The notes beneath the pieces are model-generated. The model did not search any database, was not told the origin of the DNA, and worked only from the letters and a program-made list of their open reading frames with translations. A stretch of DNA of 64,000 nucleotides from a virus (lineage: Duplodnaviria; Caudoviricetes), in IMG/VR virus record IMGVR_UViG_3300006851_000007, positions 1 to 64,000 of that record; one strand, 5' to 3'. A program made the translations under genes and the position numbers. Each line of letters starts with the position of its first letter. Positions within the stretch are counted from its first letter, which is position 1. Shown one piece after another: positions 26,968 through 36,951 of this stretch.

Positions 26968-27753
26968 ATGAAGGTAGCATTATCTGGGTCTGGCATGCTG
27001 TATCCTGTTCACGTTGGAGCAATCAAGAGGCTTATGGAGTCTGGAAATATAAGAGAGATTAGCGGGACGAGCGGTGGGGCGATAGTCGCAGCTATGGTCG
27101 CATCAGACGTTGGCAGACTAGAGGAGATGGTTATAAACAATATGCCAATGGACGGCAAACTATTTAACCCCTCCCTTACCAACCTCCGAAATTATGGACT
27201 TATGGACGGGAGAAGGATTGAGAGATTGTTTGAAAGGTTTTTCCCTGCAACTTTTTCTGAGACAAAGATACCACTAAGGGTTGTAACAGCGAATCTTAAT
27301 AAGCGTACACATATGGTGTTTGGAACAGAGGAGACCCCGAGCATATCTGTGGCAAGAGCTGTGAGGGCTAGCATGAGTATTCCAGGAATATTCAGCCCTG
27401 TGTCTATAGGTGGAGACCTTCATGTTGACGGGGGTATCGCCGCAAATCTTCCGATCAACCTGTACAGCCCAGACGATGACGTGATCGGTATTAGGGTGAG
27501 GGCCAACCCGAAGATGAATGACAATATTTCCGGGGTTAAAGATTACATTATGTCGGTAATGAGTATTGTTATGGACACCCTGACAAACCATGGTGTAGAT
27601 CATTACACGAATAGTAGAATAATAACTATATATAGCAATAACAACGGTTTGAATTTCATGATGAGTAAAGAAGATGCAATAAAAATGATGTGGGAGGGAT
27701 ATAAAACAGTTGACAAGTGGATAAAAAAGAATAATCTCTCATCGACTAAATAA
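26968..27753 (+). CDS. patatin-like phospholipase
   Basis: ALSGSG, GTSGG nucleophile, ASMSIPG, DGG. Confidence 0.9.
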   Translation: MKVALSGSGMLYPVHVGAIKRLMESGNIREISGTSGGAIVAAMVASDVGRLEEMVINNMPMDGKLFNPSLTNLRNYGLMDGRRIERLFERFFPATFSETKIPLRVVTANLNKRTHMVFGTEETPSISVARAVRASMSIPGIFSPVSIGGDLHVDGGIAANLPINLYSPDDDVIGIRVRANPKMNDNISGVKDYIMSVMSIVMDTLTNHGVDHYTNSRIITIYSNNNGLNFMMSKEDAIKMMWEGYKTVDKWIKKNNLSSTK

Positions 27754-27772
27754 CTTTTACAAAGAGGTTATA

Positions 27773-27937
27773 ATGAATTACAGACAGCTTCTAGAAGAGC
27801 TTGAGAATCTTGACGATGAGGCTCTTGAGCAAGAAGTTACAGTAGTATGGGATGGTGAAGTCTTTGAGGTTGACTACGCCACAATTAGCGATGACGGTGA
27901 GTTTCTTGACGGAATGCTCATCCTTTACGCGGAGTAA
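27773..27937 (+). CDS. small acidic protein (54 aa, not in ORF track)
   Basis: GAGGT RBS; MNYRQLLEELENLDDEALEQEV.. Confidence 0.6.
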   Translation: MNYRQLLEELENLDDEALEQEVTVVWDGEVFEVDYATISDDGEFLDGMLILYAE

Positions 27938-27939
27938 TC

Positions 27940-28230
27940 ATGAAAATAAGCAATAGTTATTCTACTCCTGTAAAAACAAGTCTAAATAGGGGTGATGCCA
28001 ATCCTTTTATCAAAGGGTTGTCTGGATCAATGAGCGGTGAAGGTCGGTACAGTGTAGATCCAAAAGAGATCAGCACTGGTGACATGCCATATGAATTTAG
28101 GATCTACGATGGAGATTTGTGTGTTATTGTCGGGTACACTACAGGCATGGTACATGTCATGGGTATGATTAAGGACAGCAACAGAAGAGTTAGGCTGTAC
28201 GATCGCAAAACAAGGAGAAGGTTAGTATGA
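27940..28230 (+). CDS. hypothetical protein
   Basis: 96 aa, GGAG RBS. Confidence 0.6.
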   Translation: MKISNSYSTPVKTSLNRGDANPFIKGLSGSMSGEGRYSVDPKEISTGDMPYEFRIYDGDLCVIVGYTTGMVHVMGMIKDSNRRVRLYDRKTRRRLV

Positions 28231-28712
28231 GAGGGGTCCCAAGAAGCGAGATCGTTGAGAAGGGTATCAGGAAATTACCAGAGACACTGATTCGCGGTGG
28301 GGAGGTCACCAATGTGTGGGTCCATCGAGATGTCATGTTCGAGTCTTATATAAGATTCAAAAGTATTTTATATGGAATCAAATATGAGAGAGTATCTCAC
28401 GCAAAGACAAGAAAGAGGGTGGAGGAAGGAAGATCGCTCCACTCGGTGTGGGTTACTATATGGCTGGATCACCCGGTGGCCGACAGTAAGCCTATAACAG
28501 AGGTTTGTGTTGATGTTGGTGAAGGGGCTCTTCTGTTTGGTAGTGATGGAACCCCCGCTCCAGAGATCGTGAAAGCGTTCAACATGGCGGCCATGAGTGT
28601 TGACGATGATATATCTGGACTGATTGATGTTTTAAAAGATGCAAAAGAAGATGTGGCAGAGTCTCTGTCTGACGTAGAAAAAATGGTACAGGAGGCTGTA
28701 GGTGCTAATTGA
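28227..28712 (+). CDS. hypothetical protein
   Basis: 161 aa, ATGA-coupled. Confidence 0.65.
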   Translation: MRGVPRSEIVEKGIRKLPETLIRGGEVTNVWVHRDVMFESYIRFKSILYGIKYERVSHAKTRKRVEEGRSLHSVWVTIWLDHPVADSKPITEVCVDVGEGALLFGSDGTPAPEIVKAFNMAAMSVDDDISGLIDVLKDAKEDVAESLSDVEKMVQEAVGAN

Positions 28713-28995
28713 AGTGCTAGAAAGGACTGCGAGGGATGTGGCTAAAACCATTGCCAGGAATGCGGCTATTGGGGGGGTCGCAGATGGGATCTTTGCTGCC
28801 GTTGACAGCAAGCCGATCATAAAAGAGGTGGGATGCGGAGTAGTAACCTCTGGCGCCGGGACTGTCGCAAGAGAGGTGTTTTGGCATCTGACTAAAAATA
28901 CGGGGAAGTGGGGGCACATAGTAGGGGTGGGTGCGTCTATTGGTGCCAGGTATGCATATCGTCAAAAGTTCTGCAAAGAAGAGGAAGAGCGGTAG
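28702..28995 (+). CDS. small Gly/Ala-rich hypothetical protein
   Basis: 97 aa, AGGAGG RBS. Confidence 0.6.
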   Translation: MLIEVLERTARDVAKTIARNAAIGGVADGIFAAVDSKPIIKEVGCGVVTSGAGTVAREVFWHLTKNTGKWGHIVGVGASIGARYAYRQKFCKEEEER

Positions 28996-29633
28996 TGGAG
29001 AATATACTTTACGTCGAAAGAAAAGATATAGAGGATTTTATATGTAGCGATGACATATTGTTCATCGGCAAGGATCATGCAGAGTTTCCACCGATGGTGG
29101 AAAGTATTATGAATAATATTCAGGTTGGCCCAAGGAGTGAGCTTGAATCTGACCCTTCCAAAAAACAGATAATTCCATATATTGTGATTACTAAAAATCT
29201 GTGCAAGCAGGTTTTTATGACACGCCGGCTCTCATCACAAACAGAGAAAAGGCTTAGGGGTTCATACTCTTTAGGCGTGGGAGGGCACGCAGAGGAGGTT
29301 GATATGGGGGGAGACTTCATATTCAACGCTGCAATTCGGGAGCTTAACGAGGAGGTGTGCGTAGAGAACGTGGAACATATGAAGAGGGTGGGGTTTATCA
29401 ATAACGATACCGATAGTGTCGGTAAGGTTCACCTTGGGGTCATATATCACATCTCTTGTGAGGATGTTTCCGTACGAGAAAAGGATAAGATGTCGGGTGG
29501 TTGGGTAAAATGGGTTGATGTTTCAAGGTTTAACATGGAGGTCTGGTCTAAAATGATTGCCGGAATCCAAGCCCAACTATCGAGTGATTCTTTTCCTCAC
29601 GTTTATAACCCCATAAACGGGGAATGTTACTGA
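28995..29633 (+). CDS. NUDIX-family phosphoesterase
   Basis: KQIIPY, EKRL..YSLGVGGH, RELNEE Nudix box, VGKVHLG. Confidence 0.85.
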   Translation: MENILYVERKDIEDFICSDDILFIGKDHAEFPPMVESIMNNIQVGPRSELESDPSKKQIIPYIVITKNLCKQVFMTRRLSSQTEKRLRGSYSLGVGGHAEEVDMGGDFIFNAAIRELNEEVCVENVEHMKRVGFINNDTDSVGKVHLGVIYHISCEDVSVREKDKMSGGWVKWVDVSRFNMEVWSKMIAGIQAQLSSDSFPHVYNPINGECY

Positions 29634-29879
29634 GCCATCAGGCGCTGTTAACTCTATGTCATATACAGCGCTTCCCCAATCAAACTTATTTGTGGTTTCA
29701 CTGTCTATGTTGATGACAATAAATTCATCACTGACTGACGGTGAGATCTCAAATAAAACGTCAGTAGAAGATGGGTGTATTCTTGCCTGCATTCTCGCTG
29801 AGTAATTACTGTAATCCCTCTTCATGGGAATTTTTTGGGAGTATGTAGCTCCCTGGTGAATAAGGAGGTCAAACTTCAT
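29577..29879 (-). CDS. putative tail/baseplate Ig-like component
   Basis: LLIHQGATY..YSARMQAR..AVYDIELTAPDG..GVINVRKRITR pattern typical of phage tail/baseplate accessory proteins. Confidence 0.65.
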   Translation of the reverse strand: MKFDLLIHQGATYSQKIPMKRDYSNYSARMQARIHPSSTDVLFEISPSVSDEFIVINIDSETTNKFDWGSAVYDIELTAPDGSVTFPVYGVINVRKRITR

Positions 29880-30120
29880 GACAAACCTGGAGCAAGAGAT
29901 AGCTGACGCTATTATACAATATGCGCGTAGCAACGCATACAAAAATAAGAAAAGGGCAGAACTGTCAGGCAGCGGATTGTCCGATCTAGAGGGGGTGGTG
30001 GAGGATTTGTCTGAGGGTCTTGCCGGATTTGCGGCCGATATAGCATCAATGGCTCCGGCCATCGAGGGGTATATCGACTATAAAATCAGCCAGCACATAG
30101 ACGACTTTCATGAACCGTGA
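29878..30120 (+). CDS. hypothetical protein
   Basis: 80 aa, AGGAGG RBS. Confidence 0.6.
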   Translation: MTNLEQEIADAIIQYARSNAYKNKKRAELSGSGLSDLEGVVEDLSEGLAGFAADIASMAPAIEGYIDYKISQHIDDFHEP

Positions 30121-30436
30121 CGGCAAACATATGGCCGCGTATACCCTATGCGAGGTCATGGATAGAGAGCATCTCAGAGTGGGAAGACTTTCTGAAATAG
30201 CCGGAGTTAGTAGGGAGTACATTATCTACCTGAGAGAGTTCGCCACAGATTTTGATCAGATTTCGTATATCTGTAGTGTGGCAAGGTCCTACAACCATAG
30301 AGACTATCTGAGTCAAATAAGGGTAGATATAGACGAGGATATGTACAATAGTTTGAGATCTCTTGAGGGATCTATCTCATCCAATGGCAGAAAAGCTATT
30401 GAATACTGGAGGAAGAAAAATGGCTATTTTGATTAA
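30110..30436 (+). CDS. putative HTH/RHH DNA-binding protein
   Basis: LSEIAGVSREYI HTH-like segment; C-terminal RHH-like segment. Confidence 0.5.
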   Translation: MNRDGKHMAAYTLCEVMDREHLRVGRLSEIAGVSREYIIYLREFATDFDQISYICSVARSYNHRDYLSQIRVDIDEDMYNSLRSLEGSISSNGRKAIEYWRKKNGYFD

Positions 30437-31322
30437 CATGTTAGATCTCCTGAAGCCTGAAAATAGACGTAAGACCCTGGAGCTTTCCCGTAACGAAGGA
30501 AAGTCCGTAGAAATGTTCGCGCTGCACCTTCTTGAGTCATACGTTGAAGGCAAGCTTGAGTGGGTGGAGGAGGAAGAGGATCCAGAGGTTATCATCGAGT
30601 CTGACAGGCTGGAAGATATGGAGCTGTCCATCCGGCCATACAATGCACTTAAGAAGGCTGGAATAACAAAAATATCCGAATTGATTGCGCTTGGAAGCAT
30701 TGAAAAGGTTGCACGTATTAAGGGGATCGGTAATCGTTCTTTAAGGGAGATTGAACTCAGGGTTCTAGAGTTGGGTCTTAGATTTGGCATGAACGTCGCG
30801 ACTGGTGACGACGATGACATGCAGACAGACATTGAAGAGTTTATCGAGTCTGCAAAAGATAAGTATAAAGAAGAGGATTGTGGTAGCGAAGAGCATTATG
30901 AAGTATCCGAGGAAATCGACGACGATCACACCGAACATACTGCGGACACTCTAGAGGCAACCTCCTCCGAAGATCTCTATGATGAGATCTTAAGTCTTCC
31001 GCCCACCCGAGACGGCGTCAGGAGAGCCTTCGAGATTTTCTCAACCCTGAGAAACACCTCTGAACAAGAAGTTGTGGACGTGGTTACGGAAATAATGAGT
31101 GGGTACGATAAAGAAGACCCAAACACATACACTCCCACGATAAGAAAATTCTACGAACACCTTCCGGCAACGGAGGGTCATATTTCAGAAATCAAAAAGT
31201 GGGGAAAGGAGGCTGGCTACCCTGGGCACAGAATATCCATGTACAAGGGAATGCCTATAGAAGAAATTTCGGTGGGAGATGCTGAGGAGAGAATTGAATT
31301 CCTCAAGGACCTAACATTCTAA
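30420..31322 (+). CDS. protein containing an RNA polymerase alpha-CTD-like domain
   Basis: LEDMELSIRPYNALKKAGITKISELI..IKGIGNRSLREIELRVLELGLRFGM matches the alpha-CTD HhH signature; no alpha-NTD. Confidence 0.8.
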   Translation: MAILINMLDLLKPENRRKTLELSRNEGKSVEMFALHLLESYVEGKLEWVEEEEDPEVIIESDRLEDMELSIRPYNALKKAGITKISELIALGSIEKVARIKGIGNRSLREIELRVLELGLRFGMNVATGDDDDMQTDIEEFIESAKDKYKEEDCGSEEHYEVSEEIDDDHTEHTADTLEATSSEDLYDEILSLPPTRDGVRRAFEIFSTLRNTSEQEVVDVVTEIMSGYDKEDPNTYTPTIRKFYEHLPATEGHISEIKKWGKEAGYPGHRISMYKGMPIEEISVGDAEERIEFLKDLTF

Positions 31323-31329
31323 ATAAAAT

Positions 31330-31349
31330 GCGGGGCCTTTCGGCCCCGC
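31330..31349 (+). terminator. hairpin/terminator
   Basis: GCGGGGCC-TTTC-GGCCCCGC. Confidence 0.55.
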
Positions 31350-31397
31350 TACCCCTCCAATCCTCACATACCCATCATATGACAGGAGTATACACAA

Positions 31398-31589
31398 TTG
31401 AACACAACAGTCAAGAAGAGAATTACCATTTACATGAGTAACGAGGATAGGGAAGAATTAAAAGAACTATCGATAAGGTTGAACAAACCTCTGACAGATA
31501 TAGTAAGAGAGTCTATTTCGGAGTACCTTAAAGACCTGAAGGATCAACAGAAATGCTTAGACGCGAAGAAGGAATCATACCCCCCTTAA
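31398..31589 (+). CDS. ribbon-helix-helix (CopG-like) regulator
   Basis: KRITIYMS..ELKELS..LTDIVRESISEYL. Confidence 0.75.
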   Translation: MNTTVKKRITIYMSNEDREELKELSIRLNKPLTDIVRESISEYLKDLKDQQKCLDAKKESYPP

Positions 31590-32034
31590 CGCCATACCCT
31601 CTAATCAAATCCTCTACCTCCTCCTCCGTGTATACGGGCGCCTTATTAATGTGTCTATTTTTTAACACCCTTCTGTTGCCCAGTATCTGCCCACCGACCG
31701 ACCCAAGCCCAAAGCCGGTAGCCCCGCCGACCACAGCTCCGCGAATAGCTTTACCTGCCGTATCTAGCCTGATCTGACTCAGCAGCTCATTGTAGAGGTC
31801 GACCTGCCTCTTAGGAGCCCCGGGGGCGACACCCCTGGGTCTTGGTGCTGTCAACAACACACTTCCGGCTCCAATAGTAGCGCCCGCAAGGGCGCCGCCG
31901 AGACCGCCTATAGTAGTGCTTTTGCTTAACGATTCAAGTTCATCTATATCTCTTGGTCGAGGCCTCTTTACAACGGGGTCGTACCACCTGTATTTATAAA
32001 TGTCCTGTCTGGCTACCTTAACTAAAACGCTCAT
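31528..32034 (-). CDS. glycine-zipper putative virion protein with N-terminal KxA motif
   Basis: MSVLVKVAR; GGLGGALAGATIGAG and GAVVGGATGFGLG. Confidence 0.65.
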   Translation of the reverse strand: MSVLVKVARQDIYKYRWYDPVVKRPRPRDIDELESLSKSTTIGGLGGALAGATIGAGSVLLTAPRPRGVAPGAPKRQVDLYNELLSQIRLDTAGKAIRGAVVGGATGFGLGSVGGQILGNRRVLKNRHINKAPVYTEEEVEDLIRGYGVKGGMIPSSRLSISVDPSGL

Positions 32035-32058
32035 CTCTAACACCAAGGTGAAATTAAA

Positions 32059-33276
32059 GTGATTACTTCAATTGGAGAATATATTATATCAAAAGCTATC
32101 GTAGATCGCTCTAAAATACCATTTGAAGCTTACTCTAAAGTGGCGCCCCTTACTAAAGAATTTTATGAAATCGGGTCAGCCCTGTCGAAGATAAACACAG
32201 ACGAGCCCTTTTCCTGGATAGAAGCAGTCAGCAAGTTGTCCGATAGATTTATAGAGAAGGCACCGTCTGGGCTGCAGAATGATCCTCTGTTTGAATACCT
32301 GGAGGATAGAGGGTATGTAATGATTAGCGATCCTGCGACTGATTGGTATGAAGAATTTTTGCTTCGCAATACTGATATGGTGGTCGAGATAAAGGATGGG
32401 GATGATTATGTTGCATCGATCAGTCTTCCTGGAGGCGTTGTTTACGTCATGGGTGATAGTAAAAAAGATTCGAGGGGTAAAAACCCGATGGTTGGGAAGA
32501 GGTTTTACTATCCAGAGGATGAGGATGCTCGCAAAAAGGTGTATGAATCAATCGGCGACCTTGTATGGAGAGATAAAACTGGTCTGTTTTTCGATGTTGA
32601 CGATGAGGATTATATTGTCGAGAACTACAAGGCTCGCAACAATGAGTACTATGGCGAAGGGAGGGCCTTTGCTGATACATGGGGCAAGTATGTCGATGCC
32701 GGAGTACGCAGGGTGGTTGTACTTCAAGGTGCCCCGGGCACTGGCAAGTCGACCCTGTGTTCATATGTTGCCAGGCAGATAAATTCCAGGATTGTTCATG
32801 CAAGTCTAAATTTTATTAAAAATTGTCATGAGGGGAGCTGGTTTAGAATCATGGATGTTCTGAAGCCCAATCTTGTCATTGTAGATGATATTGACAGGAT
32901 CCCGACACTATCACTTGAGAGAAAGTTGTATATGTTCGAGGAGGGTGTTTACGATGTACCTTTAACGATCTTTACAACAAATGACGACACAAAACTTCCA
33001 GATGCAATGAGGAGGCCTGGAAGGATCGATCAAATCATTGACATGCCAGAACCTCCGCGACAAGGAAAGATCAGCCTTATCGAAGGGTTTGCAAGAGATG
33101 TTGGCATAGAGGGAGATATACCCAAGGACAAAATGGACTATCTTATAAATGTTTTTGAAGTAGTAAGGTCTGGAGCTTATGTAAAGGAGTTACTAAAGAG
33201 ATATAAAGTTGAAGGGTGGGACTACGAGCTGGGCGTGTATGACAAGTCTTTCTGGGAAGTCGTGGAGAATAAGTGA
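32059..33276 (+). CDS. AAA+ ATPase (classical/BCS1-like)
   Basis: GAPGTGKS, VIVDDIDR, FTTN, RRPGRID. Confidence 0.85.
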   Translation: MITSIGEYIISKAIVDRSKIPFEAYSKVAPLTKEFYEIGSALSKINTDEPFSWIEAVSKLSDRFIEKAPSGLQNDPLFEYLEDRGYVMISDPATDWYEEFLLRNTDMVVEIKDGDDYVASISLPGGVVYVMGDSKKDSRGKNPMVGKRFYYPEDEDARKKVYESIGDLVWRDKTGLFFDVDDEDYIVENYKARNNEYYGEGRAFADTWGKYVDAGVRRVVVLQGAPGTGKSTLCSYVARQINSRIVHASLNFIKNCHEGSWFRIMDVLKPNLVIVDDIDRIPTLSLERKLYMFEEGVYDVPLTIFTTNDDTKLPDAMRRPGRIDQIIDMPEPPRQGKISLIEGFARDVGIEGDIPKDKMDYLINVFEVVRSGAYVKELLKRYKVEGWDYELGVYDKSFWEVVENK

Positions 33277-33277
33277 T

Positions 33278-36200
33278 ATGAGCATCATAGAGCTACACCT
33301 TCATACCAGGTATTCGGTAGGTGATGCCCTGCCATCATCGTGGGACTATGCCAGGGCGGCCGGAAGGGGGAGTGTTTTAGCTATCGTCGACCATGATAAT
33401 ATGGGGGGTATATACGCGCACAAGGCGGCGTGCGAGAAGTATGGTGTTAAGCCTATATATGGGGTTGAGATAACACTCGATGGTGGATACAGCCTGGTTC
33501 TTTTGGCTATGACAAACCGCGGCCTGGAGAACCTGTACGCCCTTCTAGGCACAGACAGGACCACCAAAGATTTACATAGGTACAGCAAGGACGTTATTGC
33601 CCTTAGCGGAAACATGACCTCTGCTCTTGCTGTACACTTTCTTAATGAAGATATGGAGGAGTTTCACGAAACCTTTGGTATATACAAGGATATTTTTGGT
33701 GACAGGTTTTTCCTTGAGATTATTGATCATAATATTGAGGAGCAGGGAAGGTATAACAAGTACCTGAAGAGCCTGGGATGGCAGACAGTAAAGACTAACG
33801 ATGTCCATTATCTTAATAAAGGTGATCACCCAAAACAGGCGGTATTGATATGCGACAGGCTGTCAAGAGTTGCTCTTGATCCGGAGGTGTTGGGTACAGG
33901 TATTGATGAGGCTTATCTGAAGCCACTACCTGATAACCCCAATGCTCAGAAAATCGCTGACATGTGCAATGTTACTCTTAGAGACTCTGGTATATTTTTG
34001 CCAGCATTTGAGATCCCCGAAGGGTTTAAAGATGAGGGGTCGTTTTTAAAGCACCTTGTCTGGAAGGGCTTAAAAGAGAGAGGATGCACCTCAAAAGAAT
34101 ACATAGATAGAGCAGCTCATGAAATTAGAGTTATCGAGGACATGGGCTTTATTGGGTACTTTCTTATTGTGTGGGACTTTATCGAGTTTGCCCACAAAAG
34201 CAATATACCTGTTGGCCCAGGCAGGGGATCTGGAGCAGGAAGCCTTGTGGCCTATGCTTTATATATAACAAATGTTGACCCCATAGAAGGCGGCCTCCTA
34301 TTTGAAAGGTTTTTAAATCCTGACCGCGTCTCAATGCCCGACTTTGATATCGACTTTTGTAGAGACGGCAGGTCCAGGGTTATTGAGTATGTCACAAGCA
34401 AGTACGGAGAGGATTGCGTTAGCGCCATTGGCACATATGGAGAACTAAAGCCGAGAGCTGCATGGAAGAGCGTGGCTAGAGTGCTGGGGATGCCTTTTGA
34501 TAGGCAAAACATGCTGTCAGGAGATCTTCCTGATCCTGTTGTAGATGACGCTAAATTAAAAGATATTTTTGACGATAGTGGCAATATCAGGGAGGAGTTG
34601 AAAGATAAGTACCCTGTGATGTATAGGGAGTCAAAAGATGATGATAAAGTCAGGCTCGTCAACAGGCTATCCACAGGTGTGGAGGGGGCTTATAAGAACA
34701 TAGGTCGCCATGCTGCAGGAATCCTCATCTCTGATGGTCCGGCAGAAAAATATATACCTGTGTGGCACATGGGCAAATACTCACCCATTGAATCTTCGGA
34801 TGATGGGATCAAGACAATGTCTCAGCTGGATATGCGAGATGCCGAAAGGGCGGGTCTTGTAAAGTTTGACTTCCTGGGGCTTATGGAATTAACAGTAATC
34901 GATTACGCAATCATGCTTATTAAGGAGGAGTATGGAATAGATATAAATATAAACGATATACCTAAGGACGATCCAAAGGTCTTCAAAATGCTGGCAGAGG
35001 GGGATACTCTTGGCACTTTCCAGATTGCAAGCCAGGGCATGACTGAATTTGTTAAAATACTTAAACCTGAAAGCCTCAACGACATCATCGCTGTAGTGGC
35101 TCTATACAGACCTGGCCCCATGGATTATGGCGATGGTATGCATCTTGAATACGCCAGAAGGAAAAACGGAGAAGCTCCGGTGACCTTCCTTCATGAGAAC
35201 CTCCGAGAAATTCTTGACGAGACATATGGGGTTATCGTCTATCAGGAACAGATTATGGAAATTGCCCGTAAGGTTGCAGGGTATAGTCTTGGGAAGGCTG
35301 ATATCCTAAGAAGGGCTATGGGTAAGAAGCATAAAGACGAGATGGACAGGGAGAAGGCAAACTTTTTAAGCGGAGCAAGGAGAAATGGCTATAGTGATGA
35401 TATAACCGAGGATCTGTGGGAGCAGATTTCTACCTTCAGTAGATATGGGTTTAACAAGTCTCATGCCGCTTCTTATGGGCTTATCACCTATCAAACAGCA
35501 TGGCTGAAAGCTAATTTCCCTGAGGAGTTGATGGCCGCTCAGATGCAGGTGAGGTCAAATAAGCTGGCTGTGGTAGCTGAATTTATACACAGCTCTGAAG
35601 GTGCGGGGCTGGAGGTTATGTATCCAGATGTTCAGATAGGTAATAAGAACTTTACAACAAAAAACAAGAAGATATATGCAGGCCTTAAATGCATCAGGGG
35701 TATTACGGAGGATGTTTGTGACCGCATAGAGAGGGAGGGGCCGTTCAAAAACCTTACTGAGTTTTTCACTAAAGTTAAGATTGGCAGGGGTGCTCTTAAG
35801 ACGTTGCTATACTCTGGAGCTCTGGATTCTCTTGTTGGGGCGACAACGCTAGAGAAGAAGGCTCAGTTCAGGTCTGATTTGTATAATCAGGCTGACAAAT
35901 TCCTTAACATCGGGAAGAGTGTAAACCCCGATCAGATGACGTTATTTCCGATGGACTTGACTCTACAGTACCGTTCGTGCGAACCAATGAGCATCGGTGA
36001 GATGCTTAAGAGGGAGAGGCATTACATGGGGCTGTATAGAAGCGCCCACCCTATTGAATTTAAGCGGAAGAGGTTGACAGACAGAGGTGGTATAACTATA
36101 AGTGAGGCCCTCTCTGGAGAAAAAGGGTCAGAGATCGAGGTGTGTGGGGTCATCATAGATATCAATGTCATAATTACAAAATCTAATGAATCTATGTGTT

Positions 36201-36376
36201 TTATAACCCTTGAGGATGAGACAGGACGGATGGATGTCACAGTCTTTCCAGACACATACTCGATGACCAACTTTCAGGAGGGCGACATATTAATGGCTGA
36301 AGTTAAACAAGAGCTGTACGAGGGTGATCTTAGCGCTCACCTCGTTAACTGGGAGGTTTTAGAATGGGATTTCTAG
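33278..36376 (+). CDS. dnaE: DNA polymerase III alpha subunit (family C)
   Basis: PHP LHLHTRYS, GPGRGSGAGSL, MPDFDIDF, KFDFLGL, YGFNKSHA, clamp motif QMTLF, C-terminal OB. Confidence 0.97.
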   Translation: MSIIELHLHTRYSVGDALPSSWDYARAAGRGSVLAIVDHDNMGGIYAHKAACEKYGVKPIYGVEITLDGGYSLVLLAMTNRGLENLYALLGTDRTTKDLHRYSKDVIALSGNMTSALAVHFLNEDMEEFHETFGIYKDIFGDRFFLEIIDHNIEEQGRYNKYLKSLGWQTVKTNDVHYLNKGDHPKQAVLICDRLSRVALDPEVLGTGIDEAYLKPLPDNPNAQKIADMCNVTLRDSGIFLPAFEIPEGFKDEGSFLKHLVWKGLKERGCTSKEYIDRAAHEIRVIEDMGFIGYFLIVWDFIEFAHKSNIPVGPGRGSGAGSLVAYALYITNVDPIEGGLLFERFLNPDRVSMPDFDIDFCRDGRSRVIEYVTSKYGEDCVSAIGTYGELKPRAAWKSVARVLGMPFDRQNMLSGDLPDPVVDDAKLKDIFDDSGNIREELKDKYPVMYRESKDDDKVRLVNRLSTGVEGAYKNIGRHAAGILISDGPAEKYIPVWHMGKYSPIESSDDGIKTMSQLDMRDAERAGLVKFDFLGLMELTVIDYAIMLIKEEYGIDININDIPKDDPKVFKMLAEGDTLGTFQIASQGMTEFVKILKPESLNDIIAVVALYRPGPMDYGDGMHLEYARRKNGEAPVTFLHENLREILDETYGVIVYQEQIMEIARKVAGYSLGKADILRRAMGKKHKDEMDREKANFLSGARRNGYSDDITEDLWEQISTFSRYGFNKSHAASYGLITYQTAWLKANFPEELMAAQMQVRSNKLAVVAEFIHSSEGAGLEVMYPDVQIGNKNFTTKNKKIYAGLKCIRGITEDVCDRIEREGPFKNLTEFFTKVKIGRGALKTLLYSGALDSLVGATTLEKKAQFRSDLYNQADKFLNIGKSVNPDQMTLFPMDLTLQYRSCEPMSIGEMLKRERHYMGLYRSAHPIEFKRKRLTDRGGITISEALSGEKGSEIEVCGVIIDINVIITKSNESMCFITLEDETGRMDVTVFPDTYSMTNFQEGDILMAEVKQELYEGDLSAHLVNWEVLEWDF

Positions 36377-36951
36377 ATGGGTTGGATGAGGTTGATGAGG
36401 AGGGGGTATTGTCGTCAGTTATTGTGGAGGAGGTGTCCGGCAAGACGGTCAATGCTTCTGCAAGCAGGAGTTCAATTATTACATCCGACGAATCTATTTC
36501 AGTCACATTTGACAGAGAGGATATTGATAAGGATTTGATGGAATATGTCCGCAAGGGGTGTGTAAATATCGTAAAAGACCTGGAGGAGCTTAAGGGTATT
36601 GATTTGGAGATGGTGTTTATCGAGAAGGGTGATCCGATATACAATCTGGATAGAAGCGCTATGTTCCTAAAGAGCATAAGGATGGCTAATAGTAGCGGTC
36701 AGGAAGTTGAGGTACACCCGATCGTTGTCGCCAACCTGGCTCAGGCATTTGGCGCAGAGTCGCCAATACTAAAACCAGTGCCGGTATCAATGGTGAAGGC
36801 TATCGTATCTGATGACAAGGAGACGATTTCCCTGATAAGGGATAAAATTAAAGGGGAGATGTCGTTGTATGGAAGTGTTGACCACACCCCCACCTTCAAG
36901 TTTGTTTGGGGAACCCTTAAAAATAATGAGGTAATGGAATGGACTATTTAG
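36364..36951 (+). CDS. hypothetical protein
   Basis: 195 aa in replication operon. Confidence 0.7.
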   Translation: MGFLDGLDEVDEEGVLSSVIVEEVSGKTVNASASRSSIITSDESISVTFDREDIDKDLMEYVRKGCVNIVKDLEELKGIDLEMVFIEKGDPIYNLDRSAMFLKSIRMANSSGQEVEVHPIVVANLAQAFGAESPILKPVPVSMVKAIVSDDKETISLIRDKIKGEMSLYGSVDHTPTFKFVWGTLKNNEVMEWTI

